From Candidatus Delongbacteria bacterium (lineage in GTDB: Bacteria > CAIWAD01): a stretch of DNA of 64,000 nt. Position 1 is the first letter of the stretch, and every line of letters starts with the position of its first letter. The stretch lies in NCBI GenBank assembly GCA_020634015.1, contig JACKCN010000003.1:173429-237428 (forward strand). The letters run 5' to 3'. Shown here piece after piece: positions 11,276 through 21,452 of this stretch. Below the pieces are notes generated by a model that was not told the origin of the DNA, searched no databases, and saw nothing but the letters and a program-made list of their open reading frames with translations. The position numbers and the translations under genes are program-made.

Positions 11276-12334
11276 ATGCCCGTGAATGCCGCCGAACAGC
11301 CACCATCAGAGCAGGGAACCGAGCTGGCCTGGCTTGACACGGCGCGCATCCTGGCGATTCTGGCGGTGGTCTTGCTGCATGTGTCCGCCGCGGTCGTGAT
11401 CCAGTGCCCACCCGGTACGGTGCACTGGTGGATCGGAAACCTGGTGGACTCGACCACCCGCTGGTGCGTACCGGTCTTCGTGATGATCAGCGGCGCCCTG
11501 CTGCTGGATCCCGGCAGGCAGGAAACCGCGGCCACATTCTATCGCAAACGCGCCGCCCGCATTGCAATTCCCCTGCTGTTCTGGACCGTATTCTACCTGC
11601 TCTGGGCCATGCTCAAGGGAATCCGCAGCGGACATCCGCCTCTGCCCGGAGAGCTGGCGGAGCGCGTGCTGGCGGGAGTGCCGCATTACCACATGTGGTT
11701 TCTCTACATGATTCTGCCGCTGTACCTGGTCACGCCTTTCCTGCGCCGGCTCGTACGGGCGACCGATCGCCGCGTGTTCGGTACTGCAACGGTCTCGCTG
11801 CTGGCGCTGGCGGCTGGAGTCACCGCGATCGGCTATCCGGAACCTGTGGGTCGTGGATCGTTTCTGAGCCTGTTTCTGTATTACATCCCCTGGTTCCTGC
11901 TTGGATACATGCTGCGCACCATGCAGGGAGATGTCAGCCGCACGCGGACGGTTCCCTTTGCTCTGCTGACGATGGCGACCACTGCCGCGGGGGTCCACCT
12001 GCTGACACTGCGACTGGGACTGGACAGCGGCCTGTACTTCTATGACTACCTGAGTATCACGGTCATTCTCATGTCGCTCGCCATGGCGCTGTTCTTCAGG
12101 TCACTTGCCTGGGTGCCGGGCACTCCAGCGCTCTCGAGGCGGCTGGCCCGGCTGACGCTCGGTGTGTATCTGGTTCATCCCGTGCCGCTGGAACTGCTGC
12201 AGCATGCGGGTCTGGACCCGCTGAACGTGCACCCCGGGATCTACATTCCCACGGCGTTTCTGCTGGCGACCGGTCTGTCCGCGGTGGGGGTGCTGGTCCT
12301 GCAACGGATTCCGATTCTTGCCCGCGTCGTTTGA
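11276..12334 (+). CDS. acyltransferase family 3 (integral membrane O-acyltransferase)
   Basis: About 10 TM segments. The N-terminal 'LDTARILAILAVVLLHVS' with conserved His is typical of Acyl_transf_3 (OatA/OpgC-like). Confidence 0.8.
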   Translation: MPVNAAEQPPSEQGTELAWLDTARILAILAVVLLHVSAAVVIQCPPGTVHWWIGNLVDSTTRWCVPVFVMISGALLLDPGRQETAATFYRKRAARIAIPLLFWTVFYLLWAMLKGIRSGHPPLPGELAERVLAGVPHYHMWFLYMILPLYLVTPFLRRLVRATDRRVFGTATVSLLALAAGVTAIGYPEPVGRGSFLSLFLYYIPWFLLGYMLRTMQGDVSRTRTVPFALLTMATTAAGVHLLTLRLGLDSGLYFYDYLSITVILMSLAMALFFRSLAWVPGTPALSRRLARLTLGVYLVHPVPLELLQHAGLDPLNVHPGIYIPTAFLLATGLSAVGVLVLQRIPILARVV

Positions 12335-12517
12335 CTTCCGCCCGGCCGGGGGAGCGGGCAAAGCCACCACACCGAGCGAACTGCTTCCTGAACGACGGAA
12401 TTCCGCCCATGATGTGCTCCGTTTTCTGCAGATTCGGGAAGTCTTCGCGTGATGGATGGGACTGAACCGCGGAGACACGTGGTTCCAAAGCCGAACTCAC
12501 ACTCAAGGAGTCTCCCG

Positions 12518-12994
12518 ATGCGACATCCTCTCCCCCTGCTGCTGCTGACCCTGTTGGCGGTCTCCTGTTCCGGCCCTGCCCCGGCACCGACCCAGGACAA
12601 CGCGACGATCGAAGCGGCCCATCAGGCGCACGACGCCTACGTGAACGCCATCAATTCCAACGACCTGGCGACTCTGCTGGGCATGCTCACGGACGATGTG
12701 GTGTACATGGCACCGCACGAAACCCCGATGCTTGGCAAGAGCGAGGTTGCCCCCTGGCTGGAGAGTTATCTGGGCGGCTGGCGTACCAACTGGGACAAAC
12801 CCGTGCAGGAATTCGTGGTCAGCGGGGAGTGGGCCTTCGAGCGATACAGCTACACCTCCACGAACATCAGCCTGGCCGATGGCTCGGTCGTGGTGGACAC
12901 GGGCTGGGGGCTGGCGATCTATCACCACGACGCGGACGGCACCTGGCGCGTGGCCCGCGATGCCTGGGGCTCCGACCTGCCCATGCCCGAGTGA
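12518..12994 (+). CDS. NTF2-like (SnoaL/DUF4440-type) lipoprotein
   Basis: Lipobox LAVSC. 'ATIEAAHQAHDAYVNAINSNDLATLLGMLTDDVVYMAP' is the NTF2-like fold signature. AAGGAG RBS at 12505. Confidence 0.6.
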   Translation: MRHPLPLLLLTLLAVSCSGPAPAPTQDNATIEAAHQAHDAYVNAINSNDLATLLGMLTDDVVYMAPHETPMLGKSEVAPWLESYLGGWRTNWDKPVQEFVVSGEWAFERYSYTSTNISLADGSVVVDTGWGLAIYHHDADGTWRVARDAWGSDLPMPE

Positions 12995-13046
12995 GTGGCA
13001 TCCACGGTGACTGGGTGGCGGGCCAGCATTGGGTCAAGGAGGATAG

Positions 13047-13517
13047 GTGACGCAGGATTTCGTGATCCAACTGGATGATCTGAGCGACGCGCGCGTTCGG
13101 GATCTGATCGGAATGCATCTTGCGGCGGTGCGGGAATTCTCCCCGCCCGAAAGCATCCATGCCCTGCCCATTGAGGCCCTGCTGGCTCCGGGGATGAGTG
13201 TCTGGAGCGTCTGGCTGGGTGACTCGCTGGCCGGTTGTGGCGCATTGCGGGAGCTGGATCGCACCCACGGTGAAATCAAATCGATGCGCACCGCTCCGGA
13301 ATTCCTGAGGCGGGGCGTGGCCCGGGCGCTGATGGATCACATCATGGCGGTCGCCCGGGGGCGGGGCTACCAACGGTTGAGTCTGGAAACAGGCGCGATG
13401 GCCGCCTTCGAGCCTGCGCGGGCACTCTATCGCCGCCTGGGCTTCGTGGACTGCGCGCCTTTCGGCGAGTATCACGAAGACCGCAACAGCGTGTTCATGA
13501 CTCGGGAAATTGACTGA
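13047..13517 (+). CDS. GNAT family N-acetyltransferase
   Basis: Acetyl-CoA binding motif A 'RRGVARALMDHIMAVARGRGYQRLSLET'. GTG start follows AAGGAGG. Confidence 0.85.
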   Translation: MTQDFVIQLDDLSDARVRDLIGMHLAAVREFSPPESIHALPIEALLAPGMSVWSVWLGDSLAGCGALRELDRTHGEIKSMRTAPEFLRRGVARALMDHIMAVARGRGYQRLSLETGAMAAFEPARALYRRLGFVDCAPFGEYHEDRNSVFMTREID

Positions 13518-13616
13518 GTGCAGGCATCTTTCAGGCCTGACCGGCCATGGCGCAGGACGGGACCATTCCACGGCGAGCCATGGCAGACCTGAGTGGAACT
13601 GGAAGCTGGTGACAAG

Positions 13617-14102
13617 ATGAGTGCACGGTCCATACGATCGCGAGGGCCGCGGATCCTTGCCGCACTGGGCGTCACGGTGCTGGGTCTTGTGAGCTGTCAG
13701 GGCAGGACTGCTGAACGGGCCCTGTCAACACAAGCCCTGCGAGCTCGGCTTGAGGCACAGGCCGAGGCCTGGGACGAGGCCATCATCCGCAAGGACCGGA
13801 CCGCCATCGAGGCCAACATGGCAGCGGATTTCCTCTTCATTGACGCGCGCGGGCTGATCACGGACCGTGCGAACTTCATCGAGACCATGATGGATTCGGC
13901 GTTTGTCATCGATCCGTATGCCGTCGAGGACTTCGACCTGCGCCTGTACGGGGACGTGGCCCTGCTCTGCGGCCGCACGCAGATGACCGGAAGCTGGGCG
14001 GGCGAGCCCTTCACCAGCCACTATCGTTACATCGATGTCTACGCCCGCCAGGGTGAGGACTGGAAGGTCGTCAGCGTGCAGATCACGGCCATGGCCGACT
14101 GA
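13617..14102 (+). CDS. NTF2-like (DUF4440-type) lipoprotein
   Basis: Lipobox LVSC. 'EAWDEAIIRKDRTAIEANMAADFLFIDARGLI' matches the DUF4440/SnoaL pattern. It is a functional paralog of 12518..12994. Confidence 0.6.
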   Translation: MSARSIRSRGPRILAALGVTVLGLVSCQGRTAERALSTQALRARLEAQAEAWDEAIIRKDRTAIEANMAADFLFIDARGLITDRANFIETMMDSAFVIDPYAVEDFDLRLYGDVALLCGRTQMTGSWAGEPFTSHYRYIDVYARQGEDWKVVSVQITAMAD

Positions 14103-14155
14103 GGCGATTCCCGCGGTTCATGCGGCGTTCGACCATCAAACTGGAGCGACCATTC

Positions 14156-14557
14156 ATGTCCATGCCTTCCACACCAGTATCCCAGGCGCTTGTCATTTTC
14201 GCCAAGAACAAGAAACGCGTGTCCACCTTCTACCAGCAGGCTCTTGGGCTTGATGTGGTCGAGAATGAGTCGTCTCACGATCTCCTGCGCGGCAACGGCA
14301 TCGAACTGGTCATTCACAGCATTCCGCAGCGCATCGCGCGCGAGATCCAGATCAGCAAGCCGCCACAATTGCGCGAGAACACGCCACTGAAACCCGCGTT
14401 TCTGGTGAACGACCTCGACGCCTTGCGCGAGGCGGTGACCCGCACGGGAGGCTGGCTGAAGGCGCGTGATCAGGCCTGGACGATCCGCGGAGCCACCGTA
14501 CTGGATGGCTGTGATCCGGAAGGAAACATCGTGCAGTTCCGTCGTCTGAACCAATGA
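14156..14557 (+). CDS. VOC (glyoxalase) family protein
   Basis: 'ALVIFAKNKKRVSTFYQQALGLDVVE' with a single VOC module. Start chosen at MSMPSTP. ATGA overlap with the next ORF. Confidence 0.65.
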   Translation: MSMPSTPVSQALVIFAKNKKRVSTFYQQALGLDVVENESSHDLLRGNGIELVIHSIPQRIAREIQISKPPQLRENTPLKPAFLVNDLDALREAVTRTGGWLKARDQAWTIRGATVLDGCDPEGNIVQFRRLNQ

Positions 14558-14799
14558 ACGACTCCGGCTCATCGCTTCCCGACGGCTTCGAGTATCGTGT
14601 TCACAAGAATGGCGACGTGCACATTCTGCACCATGGCCGGCCCGCCGCGACCCTGCGTGGCAAGGCAGCCGGCGAGTTCATTGGCAAGGTCGCCAGCCTG
14701 GATCCGCCGGGTGCCCAGCAACTGATGGCCCGTGTGACGGGAAACTACCGCCGCGGCAACGAGAAGACCGCGCGCAACCATCCCCGCAATCGCGGGTGA
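14554..14799 (+). CDS. hypothetical protein (81 aa)
   Basis: ORF translationally coupled to the VOC gene. No motif recognised. Confidence 0.35.
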   Translation: MNDSGSSLPDGFEYRVHKNGDVHILHHGRPAATLRGKAAGEFIGKVASLDPPGAQQLMARVTGNYRRGNEKTARNHPRNRG

Positions 14800-14860
14800 C
14801 GGAGGTTCCAGTGGCCACTGTCGGCATTGAAGAGGTAACTGTGTGCCAGGGGCGATGTGA

Positions 14861-15148
14861 GTGGCAACATCACGGTGCCTTCAGCTTTCGCGCGCCGCAG
14901 GTGGACCTGCTCGTCACTCGGGGCATTGCCCGGGAATGGCGGTCGGCGGGGCGGCCGGTCTGCTTGCCGGGGTGGGAATACTCATGACGCATGGCAGTGT
15001 CCACGATGTACTCCCGGGAGCATCTTTGCTCATCCTTGGGTTGACGACACTTCTTGGATTGGAAGCTGGTGCGATCGGGGGATTCATCATTGGCCATCCG
15101 GAGGTGTACCGGCCGGTCACAGGTCATCAAGAGGGGGCCGGTGAATGA
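14861..15148 (+). CDS. small membrane protein (hypothetical)
   Basis: Gly/Ala-rich TM helices. The stop overlaps the start of the next gene (ATGA). Confidence 0.3.
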   Translation: MATSRCLQLSRAAGGPARHSGHCPGMAVGGAAGLLAGVGILMTHGSVHDVLPGASLLILGLTTLLGLEAGAIGGFIIGHPEVYRPVTGHQEGAGE

Positions 15149-15720
15149 ATCGTCGTCCGCTGATGCTTCTGGCACTTGCGGGAACAGGTCTTTGCCTGCT
15201 TTCCTGTGTCCACTCCCGCAACATGAGCACCCCGGATGACCTGCTGGAGCTCAATCGCATGGCCGCGGATCAAGCGGCCTACTTCAGACTGACAGACGGG
15301 GATCGTCGTTTCGCCTCACGGGTGAGCGTTCACGATGACAGCCTGTTCGCGACCAGCATGCACTTTCCAGAACCCGTTGCCTTTCCGCTGGAACGGGTGG
15401 AGTACATCCAGTTCTCCAACACTCTGGAAGGGGCTCGATCGGGTGCCATGGTCGGGGCCGTGATGGGTCTTCTGGGGGGATTGGTCTACAGTCAGTCAAT
15501 CGGTGGGGGTGAATACTCCGGCATCCTGAGACTGGTCGTACTGGGCGTCGTGACTTCCACAGGCAGTCTTGGCGGTCTGTGGGCAGGAGCCATCGCCGGA
15601 AAACCCGAGCGCTTCATGATTGCGTGTGACGACGATTCGACACACACGAATATGCGGGGGCCTCTGTACGACAGTGGCGAGTCCCCGGGGCAGGATCCCG
15701 TCTCGGACAGCGAACCCTGA
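15145..15720 (+). CDS. lipoprotein (hypothetical)
   Basis: Signal peptide with lipobox LLSCV, plus a C-terminal Gly-rich TM-like segment. Confidence 0.5.
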   Translation: MNRRPLMLLALAGTGLCLLSCVHSRNMSTPDDLLELNRMAADQAAYFRLTDGDRRFASRVSVHDDSLFATSMHFPEPVAFPLERVEYIQFSNTLEGARSGAMVGAVMGLLGGLVYSQSIGGGEYSGILRLVVLGVVTSTGSLGGLWAGAIAGKPERFMIACDDDSTHTNMRGPLYDSGESPGQDPVSDSEP

Positions 15721-15765
15721 CGATGCTGACCATGGCCCAGTCCTGTCGACGTGGCTGCAACAGGC

Positions 15766-16827
15766 TCAGTCCCCAAGCCGTTCCAGCAATTGAGCGGCCG
15801 CATCGCGGGGCAGATCGCGGTGGCAGACCAGGCGGATGTCGGTGGGACTGACATCATAGGCCAGCACGCCGACGGCAGCCAGCCCGGCAACCTGATCCAG
15901 GCAGTCCGCGGGGGTGTGACAGCGCAGCAGCACCATGTTGCTCTCGGGAGTCCGCACGGTCCAGGGGCGCGCGTCCAGGCTCGCCAATGCCTTGGCGACA
16001 TCACGGGCCAGGGCATGGTCTTCACCCAGGCGTGGGTACTCGTGATCCAGCGCGTACAGCCCGGCCGCCGCGATGATCCCCGCCTGGCGCATGCCACCGC
16101 CGAACATCTTGCGATACCAACGGGCTTCGTCGAGGGTGGCCGCGTCGCCCACCAGCATGGCTCCCACCGGACAGCCCATTCCCTTGGAAAGGCAACAGGC
16201 CAGCGTATCGCAGCGCTGGCCGAACTCGGAGAGTGGCACACCCAGGGCCGTGGCGGCGTTCCAGATCCGTGCGCCATCCAGGTGCAGGGCCAGGTCCAGC
16301 TCGCGACAGGTGGTGAACAGCTCATCGATCTCGGCCACGCTGCGCACCAGGCCGCCCGCCAGATTCACTGTGTTCTCGGTGATCACCAGGCGGCTCTTCG
16401 GATGGTGCACATCGGGCTGGCGCAGAGCCTGGCGCACATCGGCGGCGCTCAGTCGGCCATCCTCGCAATCCACGGGCCAGAAGCCCGCACCCAGCAGGGC
16501 GGATGCTCCCGCGACCTCGTGCTGCACACTGTGCGTGCGGCGTTCGAGGATGATCTCGCTGCCCCGCGTGCAGTGCACCGCGATGCCGGCCAGGTTGGCC
16601 ATGGTGCTGCTGGGCAGGTACAGTGACGCCTTGCGCCCGAACAGCGCGGCTACGCGTTCTTCAAGGGCGCGCACGGTGGGATCTTCGCCCATCACGTCGT
16701 CGCCCACCTCGGCCGCGGCCATGGCCTGCCGCATGGCGTTTGATGGGCGTGTGACCGTGTCCGACCGGAAATCGAGTACCGGGCGTCCATCCGCGAGGCG
16801 CTCAGCAGTGCCTTTGTGGAATTCCAT
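15766..16827 (-). CDS. ltaE: low-specificity L-threonine aldolase
   Basis: 'DFRSDTVTRPS', 'GDDVMGEDPTVRALE' and the PLP-lysine region 'LSKGMGCPVGAMLVG' are typical of LtaE/GLY1. Confidence 0.85.
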   Translation of the reverse strand: MEFHKGTAERLADGRPVLDFRSDTVTRPSNAMRQAMAAAEVGDDVMGEDPTVRALEERVAALFGRKASLYLPSSTMANLAGIAVHCTRGSEIILERRTHSVQHEVAGASALLGAGFWPVDCEDGRLSAADVRQALRQPDVHHPKSRLVITENTVNLAGGLVRSVAEIDELFTTCRELDLALHLDGARIWNAATALGVPLSEFGQRCDTLACCLSKGMGCPVGAMLVGDAATLDEARWYRKMFGGGMRQAGIIAAAGLYALDHEYPRLGEDHALARDVAKALASLDARPWTVRTPESNMVLLRCHTPADCLDQVAGLAAVGVLAYDVSPTDIRLVCHRDLPRDAAAQLLERLGD

Positions 16828-16850
16828 GGGTCATCCTCTCTGGGTCCGCC

Positions 16851-17657
16851 TCAGCGGACCGGCTGGCAGTGCGGGCACCACCAGGTTCCCCGTTGCTGCA
16901 TGATGATGCGTTCGATGGGCGTGGCGCACACGCCGCAGTATTCACCCGTGCGACCGTAGACCTTCAGGTAGCGCTGGTAGCTGCCTTCCACGCCGCGGGC
17001 ATCCTGGAAGCTGTCGAAGGTCGTGCCGCAGGCCTTGATCGCCCGGCGCAGCACGCGGCGGGTACTTGTGTGCAGGCGCTTGATTTCATCGGGTTCCAGC
17101 GAACCTGCGGCACGAAAGGGGTGCAGTCCGCTCTCGAACAGGATCTCGCAGGCGTAGATGTTGCCGATGCCCGTGATGCGGTCCTGGCGCAGCAGCCAGG
17201 TCTTCAGCGGGCTGCGACTGCCGTTCAGCAGTGCCGCGAGGCGGGTCGTGGTGAATGCTGAACCGGTGGGATCCACTCCCGGGGCTGCCAGGTCGTCGCG
17301 ACTTCCCGCAAGAATCAGGGTGCCGAAGCGTCGTGTATCACTGAATTGCAGACGGTCGCTGCCCAGACTGAATTCGGCCCGCAGGAAGCGTTGCGAATTC
17401 TCGCTGGCGAAGCTCGCCAGTTGCAGGCGTCCGGTCATGCGCAGGTGCACGGCCAGCCAGTGCGGCCCCTTGCGGCCTTTCAGGCAAAGCAGGATCTGCT
17501 TGCCCTCGCGCTGCACGTCCTCGATGAGCGCGCCGGTGATCGGCCGGTAGTCGCCAAACAGTTTCGCATCAAGGATGCGCACTCCCTGGATCCGCTGCCC
17601 CACCAGCATCGGTCGCAATTGCCGGACCACGGTTTCCACTTCGGGCAGTTCGGGCAT
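16851..17657 (-). CDS. mutM: formamidopyrimidine-DNA glycosylase (Fpg/MutM)
   Basis: N-terminal 'MPELPEVETV' catalytic Pro2/Glu3, the H2TH region, and the C-terminal zinc finger 'CGVCATP...CPHCQ'. Confidence 0.85.
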   Translation of the reverse strand: MPELPEVETVVRQLRPMLVGQRIQGVRILDAKLFGDYRPITGALIEDVQREGKQILLCLKGRKGPHWLAVHLRMTGRLQLASFASENSQRFLRAEFSLGSDRLQFSDTRRFGTLILAGSRDDLAAPGVDPTGSAFTTTRLAALLNGSRSPLKTWLLRQDRITGIGNIYACEILFESGLHPFRAAGSLEPDEIKRLHTSTRRVLRRAIKACGTTFDSFQDARGVEGSYQRYLKVYGRTGEYCGVCATPIERIIMQQRGTWWCPHCQPVR

Positions 17658-17660
17658 GGC

Positions 17661-18125
17661 TCAGGCCAGTTCCTTCAACCTGTCGAGCACGGCCTGGGCG
17701 TGTCCGGCCACCGAGACGGGGCTCCAGACCTCGGCCACCTTGCCTTCCGGGTTGATCAGCAGAGTGCTGCGCAGCACGCCCATGTACTCGCGACCCATGA
17801 ACTTCTTCAGTCCCCAGAACCCCAGAGCTTCCAGCAGGCTGTGCTCGGTGTCCGAGAGCAGAATCAGCTGCAGGTCCTTCTTTTCAATGAAGGAGCAGTG
17901 CTTCTTCGGCGTGTCCGGGCTGATCCCGACGACCTGGGCTCCCAGTTTCGCGAAGGACTTCTTCAAGGCCGTGAAATCGATGGCCTCGGTGGTGCATCCA
18001 GGAGTCAGATCCTTGGGGTACGCATACAGAACCCACCAAGCGCCCAGAAAATCCTTGGCGGTGCGCGTGGTTCCGTCCTGATCGGGCAGGCTGAAGGCGG
18101 GCAGTTTCTTGCCGGCTTGAATCAT
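17661..18125 (-). CDS. bcp: thioredoxin-dependent thiol peroxidase (Bcp-type peroxiredoxin)
   Basis: 'YPKDLTPGCTTEA' peroxidatic Cys motif. Start reassigned within track ORF 17661..18737 to MIQAGKK with an AAGGAG RBS. The gene lies 3 nt upstream of mutM, so the two are probably an operon. Confidence 0.85.
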   Translation of the reverse strand: MIQAGKKLPAFSLPDQDGTTRTAKDFLGAWWVLYAYPKDLTPGCTTEAIDFTALKKSFAKLGAQVVGISPDTPKKHCSFIEKKDLQLILLSDTEHSLLEALGFWGLKKFMGREYMGVLRSTLLINPEGKVAEVWSPVSVAGHAQAVLDRLKELA

Positions 18126-18364
18126 GGAATTCTCCTTGGTGACTGGTCCGCGTGCCCCATGCACGCGCATGGAAGGTCCCGAAAGTAGCGTCTTGGCGCG
18201 AAACCGGTCAGCAAACAACCCGCACCATCCCGGACCCGGGCACGGCCCTGTCCCCGAAACCCTATCTTCCGCCCCGTGGAACTCCCGCCATGTCCACAGG
18301 GTTGATGCAACCACCCCGGCACACTCCCGGCCGGGGCAAGGAGTGACGAAGCACGGAGCCTCAA

Positions 18365-19768
18365 GTGAAACGAATCCTCTTCCTGCTGCTTGGCCTGGGA
18401 GCATTGCTGCCCATGGCCTGCGACGACAGCACCATCGACGACAACAACCCCCTGTCCGGAATCCAACTGGTGTCACCCATCGACGGCGACACCCTGCGGC
18501 AGGAAACCCGGATCCAGATCGCTTCTTCAGATTTCGGCCGTCTCGTGGTGGTCGGGCTGCGCGTGGATGGGGAAGAGGTGGCCATTTCGACCAACTCCCC
18601 CTATGACAACGATCTGGATGTCCGTTCCTGGGCCGACGACCAGGAGCATGAACTGGAGGTCTGGGGTGCGGCCAGCAACAGCTCGATCGTGGTCTCCGAC
18701 CCCGTGACCGTGACCGTCTCCGCCAGCGCCTCCGCACCTGCCCAACCCAGATACTTCTACCGGACGCACAACCTCAGCGGAAATGACTGGATCCAGACAC
18801 TGGCCCCGGTCGGCAACGGTTGGCTTGCTGGAGGCAGTGCTGGCGACCAGGCCTGGCTGATGCGCCTGGATCGCGAGGGTGACATGGTCTGGTCCTGGCG
18901 CTTCGGTACGGGAAATGGCCAGATCAATGCCGTGCTGCCCGTGGATGGCGGCAGTATGGTGGCCGGCAAGCTGGACGGATATCCCTGGGTCGCCAAGCTG
19001 AATCACCGAGGTTACATCGTGTCCAGTCGTGGCATCGACCAGTACGGCGAGGGCTCGATCAGCGACTTGATCGCCACCTCCGACGGCCAGGGCTGGCTGG
19101 CCATCGCCAACACCCAGGCGGGGGCCCGCCTGATGGAACTGGATGGCACCGGAGCCATCGTCTGGGATCGCAGCCCGCTGGGCGGGCAGACCGGCACCGT
19201 CGAGCGCCTGCTGAACACACAGTCCGGCGACCTCTGGATCTGCGGCGCCTGGACACCGGACACGAACCGCGAAGCCCTGCTGGTGAGCACCGATCAGACC
19301 GGTACCGTGCGCTGGACCCGGTCCCTGGGAGCCGGCTATGCCTGGGATCTGAAAGAGGACGGGGCCGGACTGGTGGTATGCGGAGAAACAGGCTCGGATC
19401 CCGCCGCGGTACAGGCCACCCTCTGGCGCACTGACAACACGGGCGTGCTGGTGGAAAGCCGTGTGATGCAGCAGAATGCACCACACAGCGCACACCGGCT
19501 GCTGAAGTCCACCGGAGGTGACTGGTGGTTGGCGGGCTGGAGCGCGGGCGCGCAGTCCAACGGCCTGGATGGCCTGCTGGCCGAAGTTTCCTTCGGCTCG
19601 GGCACCCTCTGGCAACACTCACACGGAGATGGACTGGGGCAGGAACTGCGGGCCTTGCTGCCTGCGGCCGATGGCGGTCTGGTGGCCGCCGGCATGTCCG
19701 GCACGTCCACGGGCAACGGAATGGATGTCTGGGTGATCCACACCAACACCCAGGGGCTCATCCCCTGA
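18365..19768 (+). CDS. lipoprotein with Ig-like N-domain and beta-propeller-like repeats (hypothetical)
   Basis: Lipobox LPMAC, then repeated 'G..W..R.G.G' style segments (WSWRFGTGNG, GWLAIANT, DLWICGAW, GDWWLAGWSAG). GTG start. Confidence 0.5.
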   Translation: MKRILFLLLGLGALLPMACDDSTIDDNNPLSGIQLVSPIDGDTLRQETRIQIASSDFGRLVVVGLRVDGEEVAISTNSPYDNDLDVRSWADDQEHELEVWGAASNSSIVVSDPVTVTVSASASAPAQPRYFYRTHNLSGNDWIQTLAPVGNGWLAGGSAGDQAWLMRLDREGDMVWSWRFGTGNGQINAVLPVDGGSMVAGKLDGYPWVAKLNHRGYIVSSRGIDQYGEGSISDLIATSDGQGWLAIANTQAGARLMELDGTGAIVWDRSPLGGQTGTVERLLNTQSGDLWICGAWTPDTNREALLVSTDQTGTVRWTRSLGAGYAWDLKEDGAGLVVCGETGSDPAAVQATLWRTDNTGVLVESRVMQQNAPHSAHRLLKSTGGDWWLAGWSAGAQSNGLDGLLAEVSFGSGTLWQHSHGDGLGQELRALLPAADGGLVAAGMSGTSTGNGMDVWVIHTNTQGLIP

Positions 19769-19785
19769 ACGGATCACGTGGTTGG

Positions 19786-20889
19786 TCAGCGACCCAGAAT
19801 GCCCACGCGCAATGCCACACGGGCCACATCGGTCCACTCGATGTCCTTCAGCTCGGGAAGATGCACCAGCGCCTGCAGCATGCGACGCTGGAATCCCGGG
19901 CGATGGAACAGGGGCCTGAAGAGCAGCGAGAATCTGATCTGGCGCATCACGAAGGCCATGCTGTGCGTATACGTGGCGGCCACCCGCGCTTCCGGGCGTG
20001 GCTCCTGGCCCAGGCCATCCGCGAGCAGGGCGCTCGCCGCCCGCTCACCTGAACGCAGAGCGTAGTAGATGCCCTCTCCGCTGATCGGCTCGCAGAGACC
20101 GCCCGCATCTCCCACGAAGAGTACACGACCGCGCGCCAGCCTGCGGATCGGGCGATCGGGCAGGGGCCAACCGTCGACCTTGGCCCGGGGCAGACCCAGA
20201 CGCAGGCGGTAGGCTTCCAGCAGCGCTTTCTGCTCCCCGGTCCGCTGGGGAGGCCCGCAGACACCCACCATGCGCATGCCGCGTTTGGGAAAGTCCCAGG
20301 CATAGCCCCAGGGAAAGAGACCGAAGTCCAGTCGGGCCGGGTCCGTGCGTTCGGAAGGAATCGAGAGCTCCAGCGCGGTCTGGTGTCCGCCCTCACCGGG
20401 TGCCAGACAGCGTCTCAGTCTTGACAGGGCACCATCCGCGGCGATCACCCAGTCGGCACGATGTACGGTGCCATCCTTGGCCCGCACTTCCACCGCCCCA
20501 CCCACGGCGGTGATGCTCTCCACCTCGCAGCGTTCCTGCAGCACGGCTCCGGCGGAGACTGCCTGGCGGACGAGGAAATGATCCAGTTCCCGGCGTTGGA
20601 CGAAGGCCATCCGGCCCCCCAGCTCGCGCTGGACGATGGCTTCTCCGGCATGATGGATCGCGAACGCATCACGCGTGTCATGGTACAGTCCGGCAGGAAG
20701 GGCACTCCCGTGCAGTTCCTCAAGCAGCCCGATGGTGCGGGCGGCAAGATATCCGCCGCAGAGCTTGTCTCGAGGAAAAGTGCGCTTCTCGAGCAGCAGC
20801 ACCTCGATGCCGGCCCGTGCCAGCAGGCAGGCTGCCGTTGCACCCGAAGGACCGGCACCCACCACGATCACCCGCGCATTCGCTCGCAT
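19786..20889 (-). CDS. geranylgeranyl reductase family FAD-dependent oxidoreductase
   Basis: 'RVIVVGAGPSGATAACLLARAGIEVLLLEKR' Rossmann FAD site followed by 'DKLCGG'. Confidence 0.75.
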   Translation of the reverse strand: MRANARVIVVGAGPSGATAACLLARAGIEVLLLEKRTFPRDKLCGGYLAARTIGLLEELHGSALPAGLYHDTRDAFAIHHAGEAIVQRELGGRMAFVQRRELDHFLVRQAVSAGAVLQERCEVESITAVGGAVEVRAKDGTVHRADWVIAADGALSRLRRCLAPGEGGHQTALELSIPSERTDPARLDFGLFPWGYAWDFPKRGMRMVGVCGPPQRTGEQKALLEAYRLRLGLPRAKVDGWPLPDRPIRRLARGRVLFVGDAGGLCEPISGEGIYYALRSGERAASALLADGLGQEPRPEARVAATYTHSMAFVMRQIRFSLLFRPLFHRPGFQRRMLQALVHLPELKDIEWTDVARVALRVGILGR

Positions 20890-21140
20890 GCACTCTCCGG
20901 GTTGTCTGACTCAATCGCTGGCCACATGATTCGGGGAGGCACGGCTCCAGGCCGCGCAAACCCAGCGCGCGCGGGAGCATAGGATTCCGCACCAGCATCC
21001 ACTACCACCCCCCCCAGAAGCTCCTGGATGCAGCTTGGAATCCAGTGGGTTCGAAGCGCTTTTGCGGTAAATCCGCCAGCCGTGTCAGCCGATAGCAGTT
21101 CAGTCACCCTGCAGGACCCATACGTCCGGGAGACCGACAC

Positions 21141-21452
21141 ATGAGTTGGTTGCGCAGTGCTCACCTGAAGGCGGGCATGATTCTCAGCGAAGAACTGTTG
21201 GACAATCACGGCCGTCTGCTGCTGCATTCCGGCACCCGGTTGACCGACGCCCAGATCGATTGGGTGCATTCCCTGGATCTGCGGGGAGCCGATGTGCGCG
21301 ATGTGCCCGATGGGGAACCCTGGCCCGTACCGGTGGACCGCCACCGATTCCTGGACCCGGCGGACCCCTACAGTCGGTACCTGATGCAGGCGAGCAAGGA
21401 AATGACAACCCACAGAAACGAGGGAGCCGGCGATGGTGTCAAGCGCGGCTGA
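21141..21452 (+). CDS. DUF3391-like small protein (stand-alone N-terminal module of HD-GYP-type regulators)
   Basis: 'LKAGMILSEELLDNHGRLLLHSGTRLTDAQIDWVHSL' follows the L.pGM.l.edL....G.lLl..G..Lt...I..L pattern of DUF3391. It overlaps the next gene by 20 nt. Confidence 0.45.
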   Translation: MSWLRSAHLKAGMILSEELLDNHGRLLLHSGTRLTDAQIDWVHSLDLRGADVRDVPDGEPWPVPVDRHRFLDPADPYSRYLMQASKEMTTHRNEGAGDGVKRG

